Of a stretch of 64,000 nt of DNA, positions 36,688-45,993 are shown one piece after another (within the stretch, counting starts at the first letter, position 1; each line of letters begins with the position of its first letter). Origin of the DNA: a virus. Location: the IMG/VR virus record IMGVR_UViG_3300024503_000485, positions 1 to 64,000 of that record; one strand, 5' to 3'. Below the pieces are notes generated by a model. That model was given only the letters and a program-made list of their open reading frames with translations. It was not told the origin of the DNA and searched no databases. The position numbers and the translations under genes were made by a program.

Positions 36688-37301
36688 CGTCTACGTGCTT
36701 TACAGATTGCCTTATCTGGAGTTTTCGAACAATCAATGTGATGCATTTTCTTTTGACCGGCTGATCTTGAGCAATAGCTCTTACGACGTTTGCTGGCCTT
36801 AGAACCTTTTTTAAGTTTACTTGGTTTGGTAGTTACAGCAGTTTTTAATTTGCTGCCTGGATGTTCTCTACGATAAGCATTAACAGCTTTTTTGCTCATG
36901 CCATCGGTTTTGTCTTTCTTGTTGACTTTTTGCCAATCTTCTAATACAGGTTGTGTAACTGCAAACACATATAATTCGTCATCAGTTAGAGATTCTAAAT
37001 CTTCCCATACTAGATCAACATCAACTTGATTATGTTCTGCAATTCTAGAAATGATAGATTCGATTAAATCAAATTCTTGTTCTAGACTTTCATTTTTAGG
37101 TTTTTTGCCTTGCTTTTTCATATTGACAGCAATAGCTGCCTGTTGTGCCGGGCTACCTGCTTCATCGACACTTTCGTTAGGAACGCAATTATTAACACGA
37201 ACACCACCTTTAATTTTGGTGCCCTCTTTGTGCTTGCCTTTCCAACATTTAGCGTCTAAACGTTGTTTTATAGCTTCTGTAATAAATTCTTGTGCTCGCA
37301 T
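36675..37301 (-). CDS. hypothetical Lys-rich protein
   Basis: 208 aa, very basic. Confidence 0.4.
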   Translation of the reverse strand: MRAQEFITEAIKQRLDAKCWKGKHKEGTKIKGGVRVNNCVPNESVDEAGSPAQQAAIAVNMKKQGKKPKNESLEQEFDLIESIISRIAEHNQVDVDLVWEDLESLTDDELYVFAVTQPVLEDWQKVNKKDKTDGMSKKAVNAYRREHPGSKLKTAVTTKPSKLKKGSKASKRRKSYCSRSAGQKKMHHIDCSKTPDKAICKARRRWNC

Positions 37302-37322
37302 AGTGTAAATCCGATTAATACA

Positions 37323-37568
37323 CTATTTAGCCCATCTTAGGTGATACTCTACTTCTATTTTAGAATCGTAAAATTCTACTACAAGTGCAAGATTTTCAGC
37401 TATTTTTTCAACAACTAATTGACACTTTGTTTTGGGCTGAGCTAAAATCCATTCTAAATGATCTACACCAATCAGCTTTTGTATTTTAGGCCAATCTATA
37501 TCAATGTTGCCAACAACTTCAATATCTGGGGACGACCACTCTGCTAGAGTAACTTTAGTATGTTTCAT
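37323..37568 (-). CDS. hypothetical small protein
   Basis: 81-aa ORF. Confidence 0.4.
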   Translation of the reverse strand: MKHTKVTLAEWSSPDIEVVGNIDIDWPKIQKLIGVDHLEWILAQPKTKCQLVVEKIAENLALVVEFYDSKIEVEYHLRWAK

Positions 37569-39000
37569 CTTCAGAGCTCATCGAATTTAAAATCTCACGC
37601 AATTTTGTAGATTCGACATTAGCTCTTACTTTACCCAAACTTGCACCTTGTGTAGGATCTGTAATAACTCCATCACTATCTACGTTCTTTGGTGCTTGTA
37701 CGGTTGTTCTTGATTTGATAGATTCGATAATACTAGAACTTCCTCTACTTGCCCCTGCGTGTTCTTGTTCGTCTTCTGGTAGATCAGAAATCTTTAAACT
37801 TTCTAGATTAAATTCTAAATCTACCTTCATACCAACACCGCTAGAACTACGTGTTTTCATAAGTTGAATTTGATAGCGTCCACGTTCACGCATAGCACGT
37901 GATGTAAAAATACCAAACACATTATCTGCGGTTTGAATTTTACTTAAACCACCTGAAATATGTGAATGATCAAATTCTACTTCTTCAACAGCGCCACGAT
38001 TCAACTGACTCGCAGTTACAAGTATACAATTCTTTTCTACTGCTAGATTACGCAATTCTTCCGATACATATTTGTCTTTAATAAACAAATCTGCTGGACT
38101 AATTTTCTTACTCATAGGCATTAATAAGTCTAGATAGTCAACTAACAATACATCAACTTTTCTGCCTGTTTTAATTTCAAATTCTTTTAGATATGCTCTC
38201 AGATCGTTTGCAGTTTTACCAGAAGGCATATATTTGATTTGCAATGCTCCAGATTTCTTTCCAATGATCTTAACTTTCATTTCAACATCGTCAAGATCTT
38301 TAAAAATTTCTTTTGTTGGAATTCCAGTTGTCATTGCATCAATACGCATAGCAACTAAATCTTCCGAAAGTTCTAATGTTAGGTACACGACGTTAAGTCC
38401 TTGCAAACACCAATTAACACCTAAGTTTGCCAAGAACAAAGATTTACCTGCACCCGAACCACCGGCAAAAATATTCAACTCTCCGCGGTTCATTCCACCA
38501 AACAATTTACGATCAAGACTTGGCCAACCTGTGCTAATTTGTCCGTTCTTATCTTTAATTTTTAATAAACGAGCTCTCGGGTCTGCAAAATAATCAGTGC
38601 CCATATCTTTAGTTAAAGATATTTGAACTGCTTCTTTAATCTTCGTTTCAACCTGACCGTAGTCTTTCTTTTCTAATAAATCTGCTGAGTCAATGATTGC
38701 ACGTTCAAGCGCCTTGTGCCTAGTAAAAGACTCGAATTCATCCATTAGCCATTCGTTGTGACCTTCTTTTATATCTTCAGGTTTTTTAAGATCTATCCTG
38801 CAACTTGCATTAACCATTTCATAGTCAGGCAATACAGCATATTCTTTTGCATACACATTGATAAATTCTGCTGCATCTTGTAACTTTCGATCAAACAATG
38901 TGTGATCAAAGATACCTTGACAACGAACAAATACTTCTGCATCTGCAAGCATCAACTCGAGATATAATTTTTGTACTTCGTAATCGTATGTTTTTATCAT
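37555..39000 (-). CDS. 41: DnaB-family replicative DNA helicase (T4 gp41-like)
   Basis: Walker A GGSGAGKSLF, DnaB C-terminal domain motifs, 481 aa. Confidence 0.85.
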   Translation of the reverse strand: MIKTYDYEVQKLYLELMLADAEVFVRCQGIFDHTLFDRKLQDAAEFINVYAKEYAVLPDYEMVNASCRIDLKKPEDIKEGHNEWLMDEFESFTRHKALERAIIDSADLLEKKDYGQVETKIKEAVQISLTKDMGTDYFADPRARLLKIKDKNGQISTGWPSLDRKLFGGMNRGELNIFAGGSGAGKSLFLANLGVNWCLQGLNVVYLTLELSEDLVAMRIDAMTTGIPTKEIFKDLDDVEMKVKIIGKKSGALQIKYMPSGKTANDLRAYLKEFEIKTGRKVDVLLVDYLDLLMPMSKKISPADLFIKDKYVSEELRNLAVEKNCILVTASQLNRGAVEEVEFDHSHISGGLSKIQTADNVFGIFTSRAMRERGRYQIQLMKTRSSSGVGMKVDLEFNLESLKISDLPEDEQEHAGASRGSSSIIESIKSRTTVQAPKNVDSDGVITDPTQGASLGKVRANVESTKLREILNSMSSEDETY

Positions 39001-39617
39001 CTTATAATTTTATAATCTACAACAATGCATCGTCTCGGTGTTGACTTTACCGGATATACACCATGTAAGACACTTCCTGTCATTAAAATACAACGCCCTT
39101 CTTTAGGCATTAATGTTTTATAAATCGTTTCCTCACCACCTGCTATTACAGCAAAAATAGAACCCCACGCTGATTCTTTTGGCGGATCTTGCGGTTTATA
39201 ATGATATAAATTATCAAGATAAATGACCTGCGTAACACAATCGCTATCATGATTATGCATACTTTGCCATCCGTTTTCTTGATAGTCCATATACCACGCA
39301 ATAGTTGGCTGAATATTTAAATTCAACTCGTGATCAAATAATGTCTTTTTAGTCCATTCAAAAAGTTTTTCCTGAATGTTTTGCCAATTATTATGTGGTT
39401 TAAAATTGCCTGAAAATTGCCTATGATAAAATGTTTCTGATAATTTATTATCGCACCAAAGTGGATACTGCCTGGCATTGACTGCTACGGTTTCTTTGCT
39501 ATATTCTTTTGTTTCATCTAAATCTGTTGTTAATACAAATAGTTCTTTGTAATTGGGATAAAATGAATCAACAAGCCATTGTGTTCCACTAACATATTTC
39601 ATAACTTTATTATACAC
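38997..39617 (-). CDS. hypothetical protein, possible 2OG-Fe(II) oxygenase paralog
   Basis: MHNHDSD...SVLHGVYP resembles the paralog signature. Confidence 0.4.
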   Translation of the reverse strand: MYNKVMKYVSGTQWLVDSFYPNYKELFVLTTDLDETKEYSKETVAVNARQYPLWCDNKLSETFYHRQFSGNFKPHNNWQNIQEKLFEWTKKTLFDHELNLNIQPTIAWYMDYQENGWQSMHNHDSDCVTQVIYLDNLYHYKPQDPPKESAWGSIFAVIAGGEETIYKTLMPKEGRCILMTGSVLHGVYPVKSTPRRCIVVDYKIIR

Positions 39618-40554
39618 GAACCTCTATGTGTTTTACAACCCCAAGGTTAGCATTCCAGACTCGTTGCTTGGTATGATATAATACAGCACCGATACTACTA
39701 CTAGGATCACCAGGTTGTGGCAGGCTCCAAATATAGTTAAACTTTGGCTCTACTACTGATTTATTTGTTTTACTATTCATCGCGCAACCGCCCATGTATA
39801 CTAGACAATCAGTACCTGTTAGATCTTTGGCTTTTTTCATAACCATATCAACTTGTTCAGTAAACACTTCTTGAACAGCGGCAGCTATGTGATATTTGTT
39901 TTCTTCTGTAACTTCAAACGGCCAATCCCAAATACCTTTATGCATGTTTTTATATGCAGTTACTAAAGTTCCCATATATTCTTTTACAGCAAAATAATAT
40001 TTGTTAGGATCTCCCTTATCGGAATCTTGTTGTAATAAAAATTCATCTTGAACCGGTTTGTAACCAATAAGTTCTGTGAATGCAGAATAAAATAATCCTA
40101 GGCTATTAGGATAATCTTTATGCCAAACTTTTTTAATTTCTCCGTGCTTACCTTCCCAGATACTAGCACATTCCCACTCACCTATAGCATCAAGGACTAC
40201 AATTGCACAATGATTAAAGGGACTGGTATAATATCCGGCAGCAGCATGGCTAGCATGATGTGGGGTATAATGAATCTTTGCATAGTCGGCTCTAATTTGT
40301 CTAATATAATTTGATGGTAATGCAGAAAAATCAAACACTCTATTCCATTGACCTGCATAGGCCTGGCGTGTTTTCTTAACCCAGGGGCGTTCATACCAAA
40401 AAATATTATCCGGAGTCCCTACATCAAGAGCCTTCCTGATAGTGCTACTTTCTAGTGTATCAGATTTATCGAATGTGTTCGAAACAAATTCGTTATTTTT
40501 AAACACGGCTAGACTCGAGCCGTGATTGAGTGCGTTAATTCCCCAATTAATCAT
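39610..40554 (-). CDS. carbamoyltransferase (NodU/CmcH)-like N-terminal-domain protein
   Basis: MINWGINALNHGSSLAVF and HHASHAAAGYY match carbamoyltransferase N-domain motifs. The 314-aa length lacks the C-terminal YrdC-like domain. Confidence 0.5.
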   Translation of the reverse strand: MINWGINALNHGSSLAVFKNNEFVSNTFDKSDTLESSTIRKALDVGTPDNIFWYERPWVKKTRQAYAGQWNRVFDFSALPSNYIRQIRADYAKIHYTPHHASHAAAGYYTSPFNHCAIVVLDAIGEWECASIWEGKHGEIKKVWHKDYPNSLGLFYSAFTELIGYKPVQDEFLLQQDSDKGDPNKYYFAVKEYMGTLVTAYKNMHKGIWDWPFEVTEENKYHIAAAVQEVFTEQVDMVMKKAKDLTGTDCLVYMGGCAMNSKTNKSVVEPKFNYIWSLPQPGDPSSSIGAVLYHTKQRVWNANLGVVKHIEVRV

Positions 40555-40647
40555 TTGTAGATAAACGGATCACGTTTTCTCAGTTCAGCAAGACGTTTTT
40601 TCCATGCCTTGTGTTCTTGATATTTCCTCCAGGGAAATGTAATAAAA

Positions 40648-41676
40648 TCAATTATTGTTTTCAGCATTTTTTAATATCTCTAATTTAGTTTGAAGGTTAC
40701 GTTTAGCAATTTCAATTTTAATAGGACCTTCTTGTGCTGTTTTAATAGCATCGACAATGACAAATAATTTTCCATATTTTTGTACTGCATCGGCAGTATC
40801 TTTTACATCATTGTCCCACGTTGGAAAAGCTACCTTCCATCCTAATTCTTTGGCCTGTTCTATCAAAATTAAACCTGCTTTGTCTTGGTCAGGAATCACA
40901 ATAACTTCCTTGCCTAGACTATTAATTATCCTACTTTGTTGTTCAGAAACTTCATTAGTGAGAAGTGCAACACCGCCTACAGCTAATGCATCAAATGGTC
41001 CTTCGCATACAAATACATATTTGTGATCTTCAGATTGTTCGTCAACATTAAAGACAAAAAACGGATGTTGATCTGATAGATATTTTGGTTTTCCGTCGGT
41101 GACTTTTCTGGCAGTATTGCCAACGATTTTTCCTTGATAGAAAAACGGAATAATGACTCGAGTTTCGTAACCGGCAGCAGGACTCCAATAAAAATGATTA
41201 TCTAATGGATCAAATCCTCTCAAAGATATGTATTCTATAACAGGATCTAACCAAAGAGCAGTCATGTCGTCATACATGTCAAGCCATTTGGCTATTGGCA
41301 TTGCGCCTTCTGGAAGCTCTTTTTCTGTAAAGTCTACTTTAGGTTGGTATTGTTCAGGCTTGTACTCTTCGCTTTCTGTTTTAAGAGCTTCAAAGATCAT
41401 TTCTTTAACTATATCATCGCTGGCGCCCATCCATCGAACCAACGTTTTCATTTTTTCGCCAATTGGACTTCCTGGTTGCCATCCGGTGGTAAATTTGCAG
41501 TTAAAGCAGTTATAGACTATTCCGTTACCGTCGAAGCGAACGCCTGCCCGTTTACGAGTATCCGGACTATGTCCGCGATGCTGGCAACAAGGTGCGTTGA
41601 AACTGAGCCAACCAGAAGGGCTCGGTTTAGTTTTAACAGGAAGCAATCTACGAAATAAGTCTACGACCATAGTCAT
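40648..41676 (-). CDS. 61: DNA primase (T4 gp61-like, zinc-binding plus TOPRIM)
   Basis: N-terminal Cys4 (CCQHRG...CFNCKF), TOPRIM FVCEGPFDALAVGG, 342 aa. Confidence 0.8.
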   Translation of the reverse strand: MTMVVDLFRRLLPVKTKPSPSGWLSFNAPCCQHRGHSPDTRKRAGVRFDGNGIVYNCFNCKFTTGWQPGSPIGEKMKTLVRWMGASDDIVKEMIFEALKTESEEYKPEQYQPKVDFTEKELPEGAMPIAKWLDMYDDMTALWLDPVIEYISLRGFDPLDNHFYWSPAAGYETRVIIPFFYQGKIVGNTARKVTDGKPKYLSDQHPFFVFNVDEQSEDHKYVFVCEGPFDALAVGGVALLTNEVSEQQSRIINSLGKEVIVIPDQDKAGLILIEQAKELGWKVAFPTWDNDVKDTADAVQKYGKLFVIVDAIKTAQEGPIKIEIAKRNLQTKLEILKNAENNN

Positions 41677-41688
41677 AAACTTATTATA

Positions 41689-42519
41689 CTATCTGTATAG
41701 TATCTTGTCAAATGTTCCTGTATTAGGAATTGCCGGTTTGTGTTTGACTCTTAACCATTTCCATTTTCCTTCAATATTTGAATAGGAAAGATTATTAGTG
41801 GTAAAGGTCAGTGTGTCCAATGTGGTCCAGGATGTTGGAGTTCCACCTTCAAACATACTACCTTCTATAGTAACTTCGCCGGAATAATTGGTCATATAAA
41901 AAGCAAAGGTATGTGTGCTTTTTGATGTTGATAATTCATAACTAGCGTCAATTAAACTGCTATAATAAATTGGATTTCCGGTGTCACCTGTTACGCTAGG
42001 CTGTAATAATAAAAACTTTGTTATTTCAATACTATCTAACGGATCGCCTTGGGCATCTCCTTTAATCTCAATAACAGCTTCGGTGCCGTATTGGCTATCA
42101 ATGTATACCGGAGTTTTTTTGGCAACGTATTTGGTTGTATCTGCACTATCTAAAGTACGTTCTTCTTTATAGATGCTATATTGATAAAAACCAGGTCGTA
42201 AATCATAAAGTTCGCTGGCGGTTAACTCGACATTGAGTTTACCAGACGACAGCGTAACTACGGTACAATCTTTGGATAATACAAGTTCTCGATTTTCACG
42301 ATTAACAAGATTAAAAACAAATGAATAGTTTTTGTTTGTTAAATCAATTGCTTTTTCGTCTGAATTTCTAACCTGTATATCTATAGGATTATCAATACCG
42401 CGATAAATTTTTATATTTCTATTATACACTCTACGATACCTCTCTGTTGTCCAAGATCCGGGAACATTTGTATAGACATCGATTCTATTTGGATATAAAT
42501 AAACTGGATTTAGTTGCAT
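41689..42519 (-). CDS. hypothetical protein
   Basis: 276-aa ORF. Confidence 0.45.
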   Translation of the reverse strand: MQLNPVYLYPNRIDVYTNVPGSWTTERYRRVYNRNIKIYRGIDNPIDIQVRNSDEKAIDLTNKNYSFVFNLVNRENRELVLSKDCTVVTLSSGKLNVELTASELYDLRPGFYQYSIYKEERTLDSADTTKYVAKKTPVYIDSQYGTEAVIEIKGDAQGDPLDSIEITKFLLLQPSVTGDTGNPIYYSSLIDASYELSTSKSTHTFAFYMTNYSGEVTIEGSMFEGGTPTSWTTLDTLTFTTNNLSYSNIEGKWKWLRVKHKPAIPNTGTFDKILYR

Positions 42520-42548
42520 ACACTAGTGAGCCCTTTAGCATATTTAGT

Positions 42549-42920
42549 ATGAGAATAACAGAAAATTTACAACAAAACTTTCCTTTTATAAGTGTTATAA
42601 ACCACGTAAATCAAGAATACGTGGGTATTATCATTAATCAGGATGCGCAGGTAACCAGCTTTTACGATTACGTAGCATTACGGAGCGAAGAAGAAAAATC
42701 TAAGTTTTTAGAGCTTGGAGAAGCATGGTGGTGGGAATCAAATAGACAAATTCCTATCAACATATTCCTAGCTAAAGAAATACAGGTATTTAGATACGCT
42801 ATTAAAAATTTTGCAACTAAAGATGTAAGGGTAATGTTTGGACCGTGTACTAGTTTAAATGATATTATCACAAAAAGAATTAAGCGTAAATCAATTACAC
42901 TAGTTAGGCGAAGTACTTAA
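42549..42920 (+). CDS. hypothetical protein
   Basis: Start trimmed to avoid overlap with the minus-strand gene. Confidence 0.3.
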   Translation: MRITENLQQNFPFISVINHVNQEYVGIIINQDAQVTSFYDYVALRSEEEKSKFLELGEAWWWESNRQIPINIFLAKEIQVFRYAIKNFATKDVRVMFGPCTSLNDIITKRIKRKSITLVRRST

Positions 42921-43495
42921 CTAAATCCGTAACTAACACCTTCGCAGATTAGATTCATCTGAACAACAATAGCCATGGCATATGCTGTAGCATGGCTTTT
43001 CTTAAAATAGTATTCGTCATTCTCCGGTTTCGTCCATACTTCCGTCATCACCGTAGTCCAATCTTTGCCAATCAGATAACGTTTCGCTGGGCGTATCATT
43101 GCTAGAATGGCCGCCAGTTGTTCCACACTCTTTGGCTTCATTTGTCTTAATATAGAACCATGCCCGTTTACGTGAAAGAGTAAGTTGACGAAATCGTCTT
43201 GCTCTAAAAGATCCCATAGTGGCTCCGTATTCATTAGTTGGATAAGATGTTCTTCATTACGTACACCTTTGTATATGTGAACATTTAAAAAATCTATCTT
43301 AAAATAACCTAAATCCTCTGCCTGATCGTAAGGAATAGAACAAAGTCCAGAAACGGCATCAACAGGAACATCGTGTAGGTATATTCCTGTATTATGTTTG
43401 ACTAATTTAGTATCTTCAAGTCTACTTGCAGATGTAGTCTTAAAAAATTTAAGAGCCTCGTCTCTGTTAACAAAGTCTATATCGATATCTGGCAT
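42917..43495 (-). CDS. hypothetical protein
   Basis: 192-aa ORF. Confidence 0.45.
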   Translation of the reverse strand: MPDIDIDFVNRDEALKFFKTTSASRLEDTKLVKHNTGIYLHDVPVDAVSGLCSIPYDQAEDLGYFKIDFLNVHIYKGVRNEEHLIQLMNTEPLWDLLEQDDFVNLLFHVNGHGSILRQMKPKSVEQLAAILAMIRPAKRYLIGKDWTTVMTEVWTKPENDEYYFKKSHATAYAMAIVVQMNLICEGVSYGFS

Positions 43496-43719
43496 TACTG
43501 CAACCTAGTGCTTTCAAATAATAATAAAGGTAGTGTGTCTGCTAAGAATTGTGCATATTCTTCGGCATCTTCTTCGTCGTCAAACCCGCTAAATTTAACA
43601 TAAACATCGGGCGAATCAGAACCAACCACTACCTCAATATCAATGTCATCCCTTGAAATAAATTCCTCGTTTTCTTTAAGTTCTTCTTCTACTATCTCTT
43701 CTTTTTGTCGTTTTGGCAT
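43495..43719 (-). CDS. hypothetical acidic small protein
   Basis: 74-aa ORF. Confidence 0.4.
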   Translation of the reverse strand: MPKRQKEEIVEEELKENEEFISRDDIDIEVVVGSDSPDVYVKFSGFDDEEDAEEYAQFLADTLPLLLFESTRLQ

Positions 43720-44435
43720 TATTGTATCTTCGCCTCCTTGATGACATCTTTAACTAATTCAATATCGGCGGGCAGTGATTTAAAACGTCTAAGCCAGAAC
43801 TGAGGATCAATAACTGGACCAACTATTTCTAACTGCTCGTCGTTCATGCGTGTAAGCATGTCTTTACCAGACTTGCTATTTAACAATATCCATGGACTAA
43901 TTAATCCTTCTCGAATATCGTGAGCAGCTCTATTTAAATTAACAAATGCAAAATAATGTTCCCACGGAGCATTGTTTTTTTCACCCCAATCCATCATAGT
44001 TGATATAGTTCTTTGAATTGCTCCGTCTGCAGGTTCTTTCTTAATCATCTCGGTGATATAAGTTTCGTACAATTCATCTCTACACCAGTGGTCTAATTTC
44101 ACCCCACTTCGTAAAACGTAGTCTATAAACATTTCCGGATAAATGGGGGCGGTGTTAACTAAAAAACTTCCAAATTTTACAAATGCTGTGTAATAAGGAC
44201 TTGATGCAAATTCGTCAAAGGTTTTTTGAACTTTTCCTTTGCTAGACAATTCATAAAATTTCTGAAATGTTAAAAGTCCTGCCTGAACATGTTTTTCATT
44301 TTTGGCTAGGTATCGACGTTTTTGTTCACAAATATGCACGGTCAAAGTTTTTTCTTTGACAAATTCCTTACCGCAATGCTCGCATTTAAAATTTGATTGC
44401 ATTGATTTCTTTTTTATCCCAACCAAGTGACGCAC
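43719..44435 (-). CDS. hypothetical protein with N-terminal C2H2-like zinc finger
   Basis: FKCEHCGKEF...HICEQK. Confidence 0.45.
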   Translation of the reverse strand: MRHLVGIKKKSMQSNFKCEHCGKEFVKEKTLTVHICEQKRRYLAKNEKHVQAGLLTFQKFYELSSKGKVQKTFDEFASSPYYTAFVKFGSFLVNTAPIYPEMFIDYVLRSGVKLDHWCRDELYETYITEMIKKEPADGAIQRTISTMMDWGEKNNAPWEHYFAFVNLNRAAHDIREGLISPWILLNSKSGKDMLTRMNDEQLEIVGPVIDPQFWLRRFKSLPADIELVKDVIKEAKIQ

Positions 44436-44865
44436 AATATTCCTTAATTTCTTTATCGGTAGATATCATGGCAAGAGTCTCGACATCCGACCATTTCATG
44501 TTTGGAAATAAATTTGCTAAAAACTCTTCTTTTTTGTTTTTCTCACGTTTTAAAGGAAGCCATTCGTGAAAATATGTTTTCTTAGTTTCGTGAGAGCATA
44601 AACACAAAGACTGCCATAAAAGTTTAGGATGTTTTTGTATTCCTGCCCAATTCTTGTTATAAAATTCATTTACGGTTAATACAAAATGTTCTTGTAATTC
44701 TCGATTACTCGATTTTACATTACTAATATAACGTGTAAGATTCCACAAGTCGCCTTTGATTTCTTTACGACCATCTTCTGTAGCAGCATCCCAAAGTTCT
44801 TTTAATCCCATGTCCACTGCTGGGATCATATCTTTAAAAAGGTCTACGTGTTTATTCTTGCCCAT
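44386..44865 (-). CDS. hypothetical protein
   Basis: 159-aa ORF. Confidence 0.4.
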   Translation of the reverse strand: MGKNKHVDLFKDMIPAVDMGLKELWDAATEDGRKEIKGDLWNLTRYISNVKSSNRELQEHFVLTVNEFYNKNWAGIQKHPKLLWQSLCLCSHETKKTYFHEWLPLKREKNKKEEFLANLFPNMKWSDVETLAMISTDKEIKEYCASLGWDKKEINAIKF

Positions 44866-45199
44866 TATTTTTACTCAGGTAATACAACATTTTAACACGA
44901 TTAAGCGCCTCGTGTAAAGCAGGATTAGTCTTCGCGGCCTGCCGAATATTGTACCAAAGTTGATTTTCTAAAATGCTTTCTCTTGAAGCACCGCGAACTC
45001 TTGACGGATTATCTTCGGGTATCCAGTCCCACCCTATTGGCATTCTTTCTTCAACCGGTGCACCTTTTTCTCGAGCATATACAACACCTTCTTGGCGTTC
45101 ATAGATATACTCGGCACCTGGTTTAAGACTGCCCATGATTATATCCCACCGTTTCTCTTTCAATGTCGTCATGATCAAATTCTGCCCAATACAATTCAA
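44852..45199 (-). CDS. hypothetical protein
   Basis: 115-aa ORF. Confidence 0.4.
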   Translation of the reverse strand: MNCIGQNLIMTTLKEKRWDIIMGSLKPGAEYIYERQEGVVYAREKGAPVEERMPIGWDWIPEDNPSRVRGASRESILENQLWYNIRQAAKTNPALHEALNRVKMLYYLSKNNGQE

Positions 45200-45479
45200 A
45201 TGCTACCGTATCTTCAAGGGCTTCAAATTGATGATATTCGCCAGGCATCACTTTAGTAAAATCGCCTGCTTCTAAGATAGTCTCATCGACAAGATCGTAG
45301 TTGTTTTTCCAAACACGAATAATAAGTTTACCTGATTCAACAAAAAATCCATTCCACTTATATTTGTGTTTATGCTTTGAACAGACGCCGCCTTTCCGGG
45401 CTTCAATACGGTGAAACTCTAATACACCATTGGCTTCAAGGAGTTCTGTTTGACCCCACACTTTACCTGCTTTCATCAT
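45123..45479 (-). CDS. cupin-domain protein
   Basis: Two-His cupin motifs (KHKHKYKWNGFFV...GEYHQFEA). 118 aa. Confidence 0.5.
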   Translation of the reverse strand: MMKAGKVWGQTELLEANGVLEFHRIEARKGGVCSKHKHKYKWNGFFVESGKLIIRVWKNNYDLVDETILEAGDFTKVMPGEYHQFEALEDTVAFELYWAEFDHDDIERETVGYNHGQS

Positions 45480-45486
45480 AATCCTT

Positions 45487-45993
45487 TTAAATGACCTTAT
45501 CGAGTTGAAGTATCTCGCATTGTCTACTTACTTCTTTAACAAAAAATGCACACGGAGGATTATCTCCGTCGTGCAATGGAACCGTGAGCATATGTCCGTT
45601 TTTCATTTTAGGAAAATACCAACGAACATCTTGATAGATATTAATAATTTCAATAGGAAAATATTCTGCCTTAAATCCTTTAATAGGATTAAAAATAAGA
45701 GCATCAAATCCCCGTTCATTGATGCTAGTTAACGGCAATACTTCTGGATCTAATCCGCAGTCTTTATCCCCTACTACCATACACCAATCCAAAGGCATTT
45801 GTACTTCATACCCGCCAATGTTTAATAAAATGGCTGGGCTATTAAATGACTCTAAAAATATTAGAGGCATAAAATAAAAATCTGGTTCGCTAGGGTTAGA
45901 ATTATCTAATACACTAAATCTCGTATCTTCATCTACCTCTTCTGGTAAATCATTTAAATCAAATGATTTATTGTTTAATGTTAAAATTCTCAT
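45487..45993 (-). CDS. hypothetical protein
   Basis: 168-aa ORF. Confidence 0.4.
   Translation of the reverse strand: MRILTLNNKSFDLNDLPEEVDEDTRFSVLDNSNPSEPDFYFMPLIFLESFNSPAILLNIGGYEVQMPLDWCMVVGDKDCGLDPEVLPLTSINERGFDALIFNPIKGFKAEYFPIEIINIYQDVRWYFPKMKNGHMLTVPLHDGDNPPCAFFVKEVSRQCEILQLDKVI

Noticed and set aside
38234-41785. Plus-strand ORFs inside the minus-strand helicase, carbamoyltransferase and primase genes (38234-38593, 40120-40314, 40757-41026, 41228-41515, 41344-41658, 41597-41785, and the minus-strand 40197-40394)
   Set aside because: They are antisense to strongly supported conserved genes.
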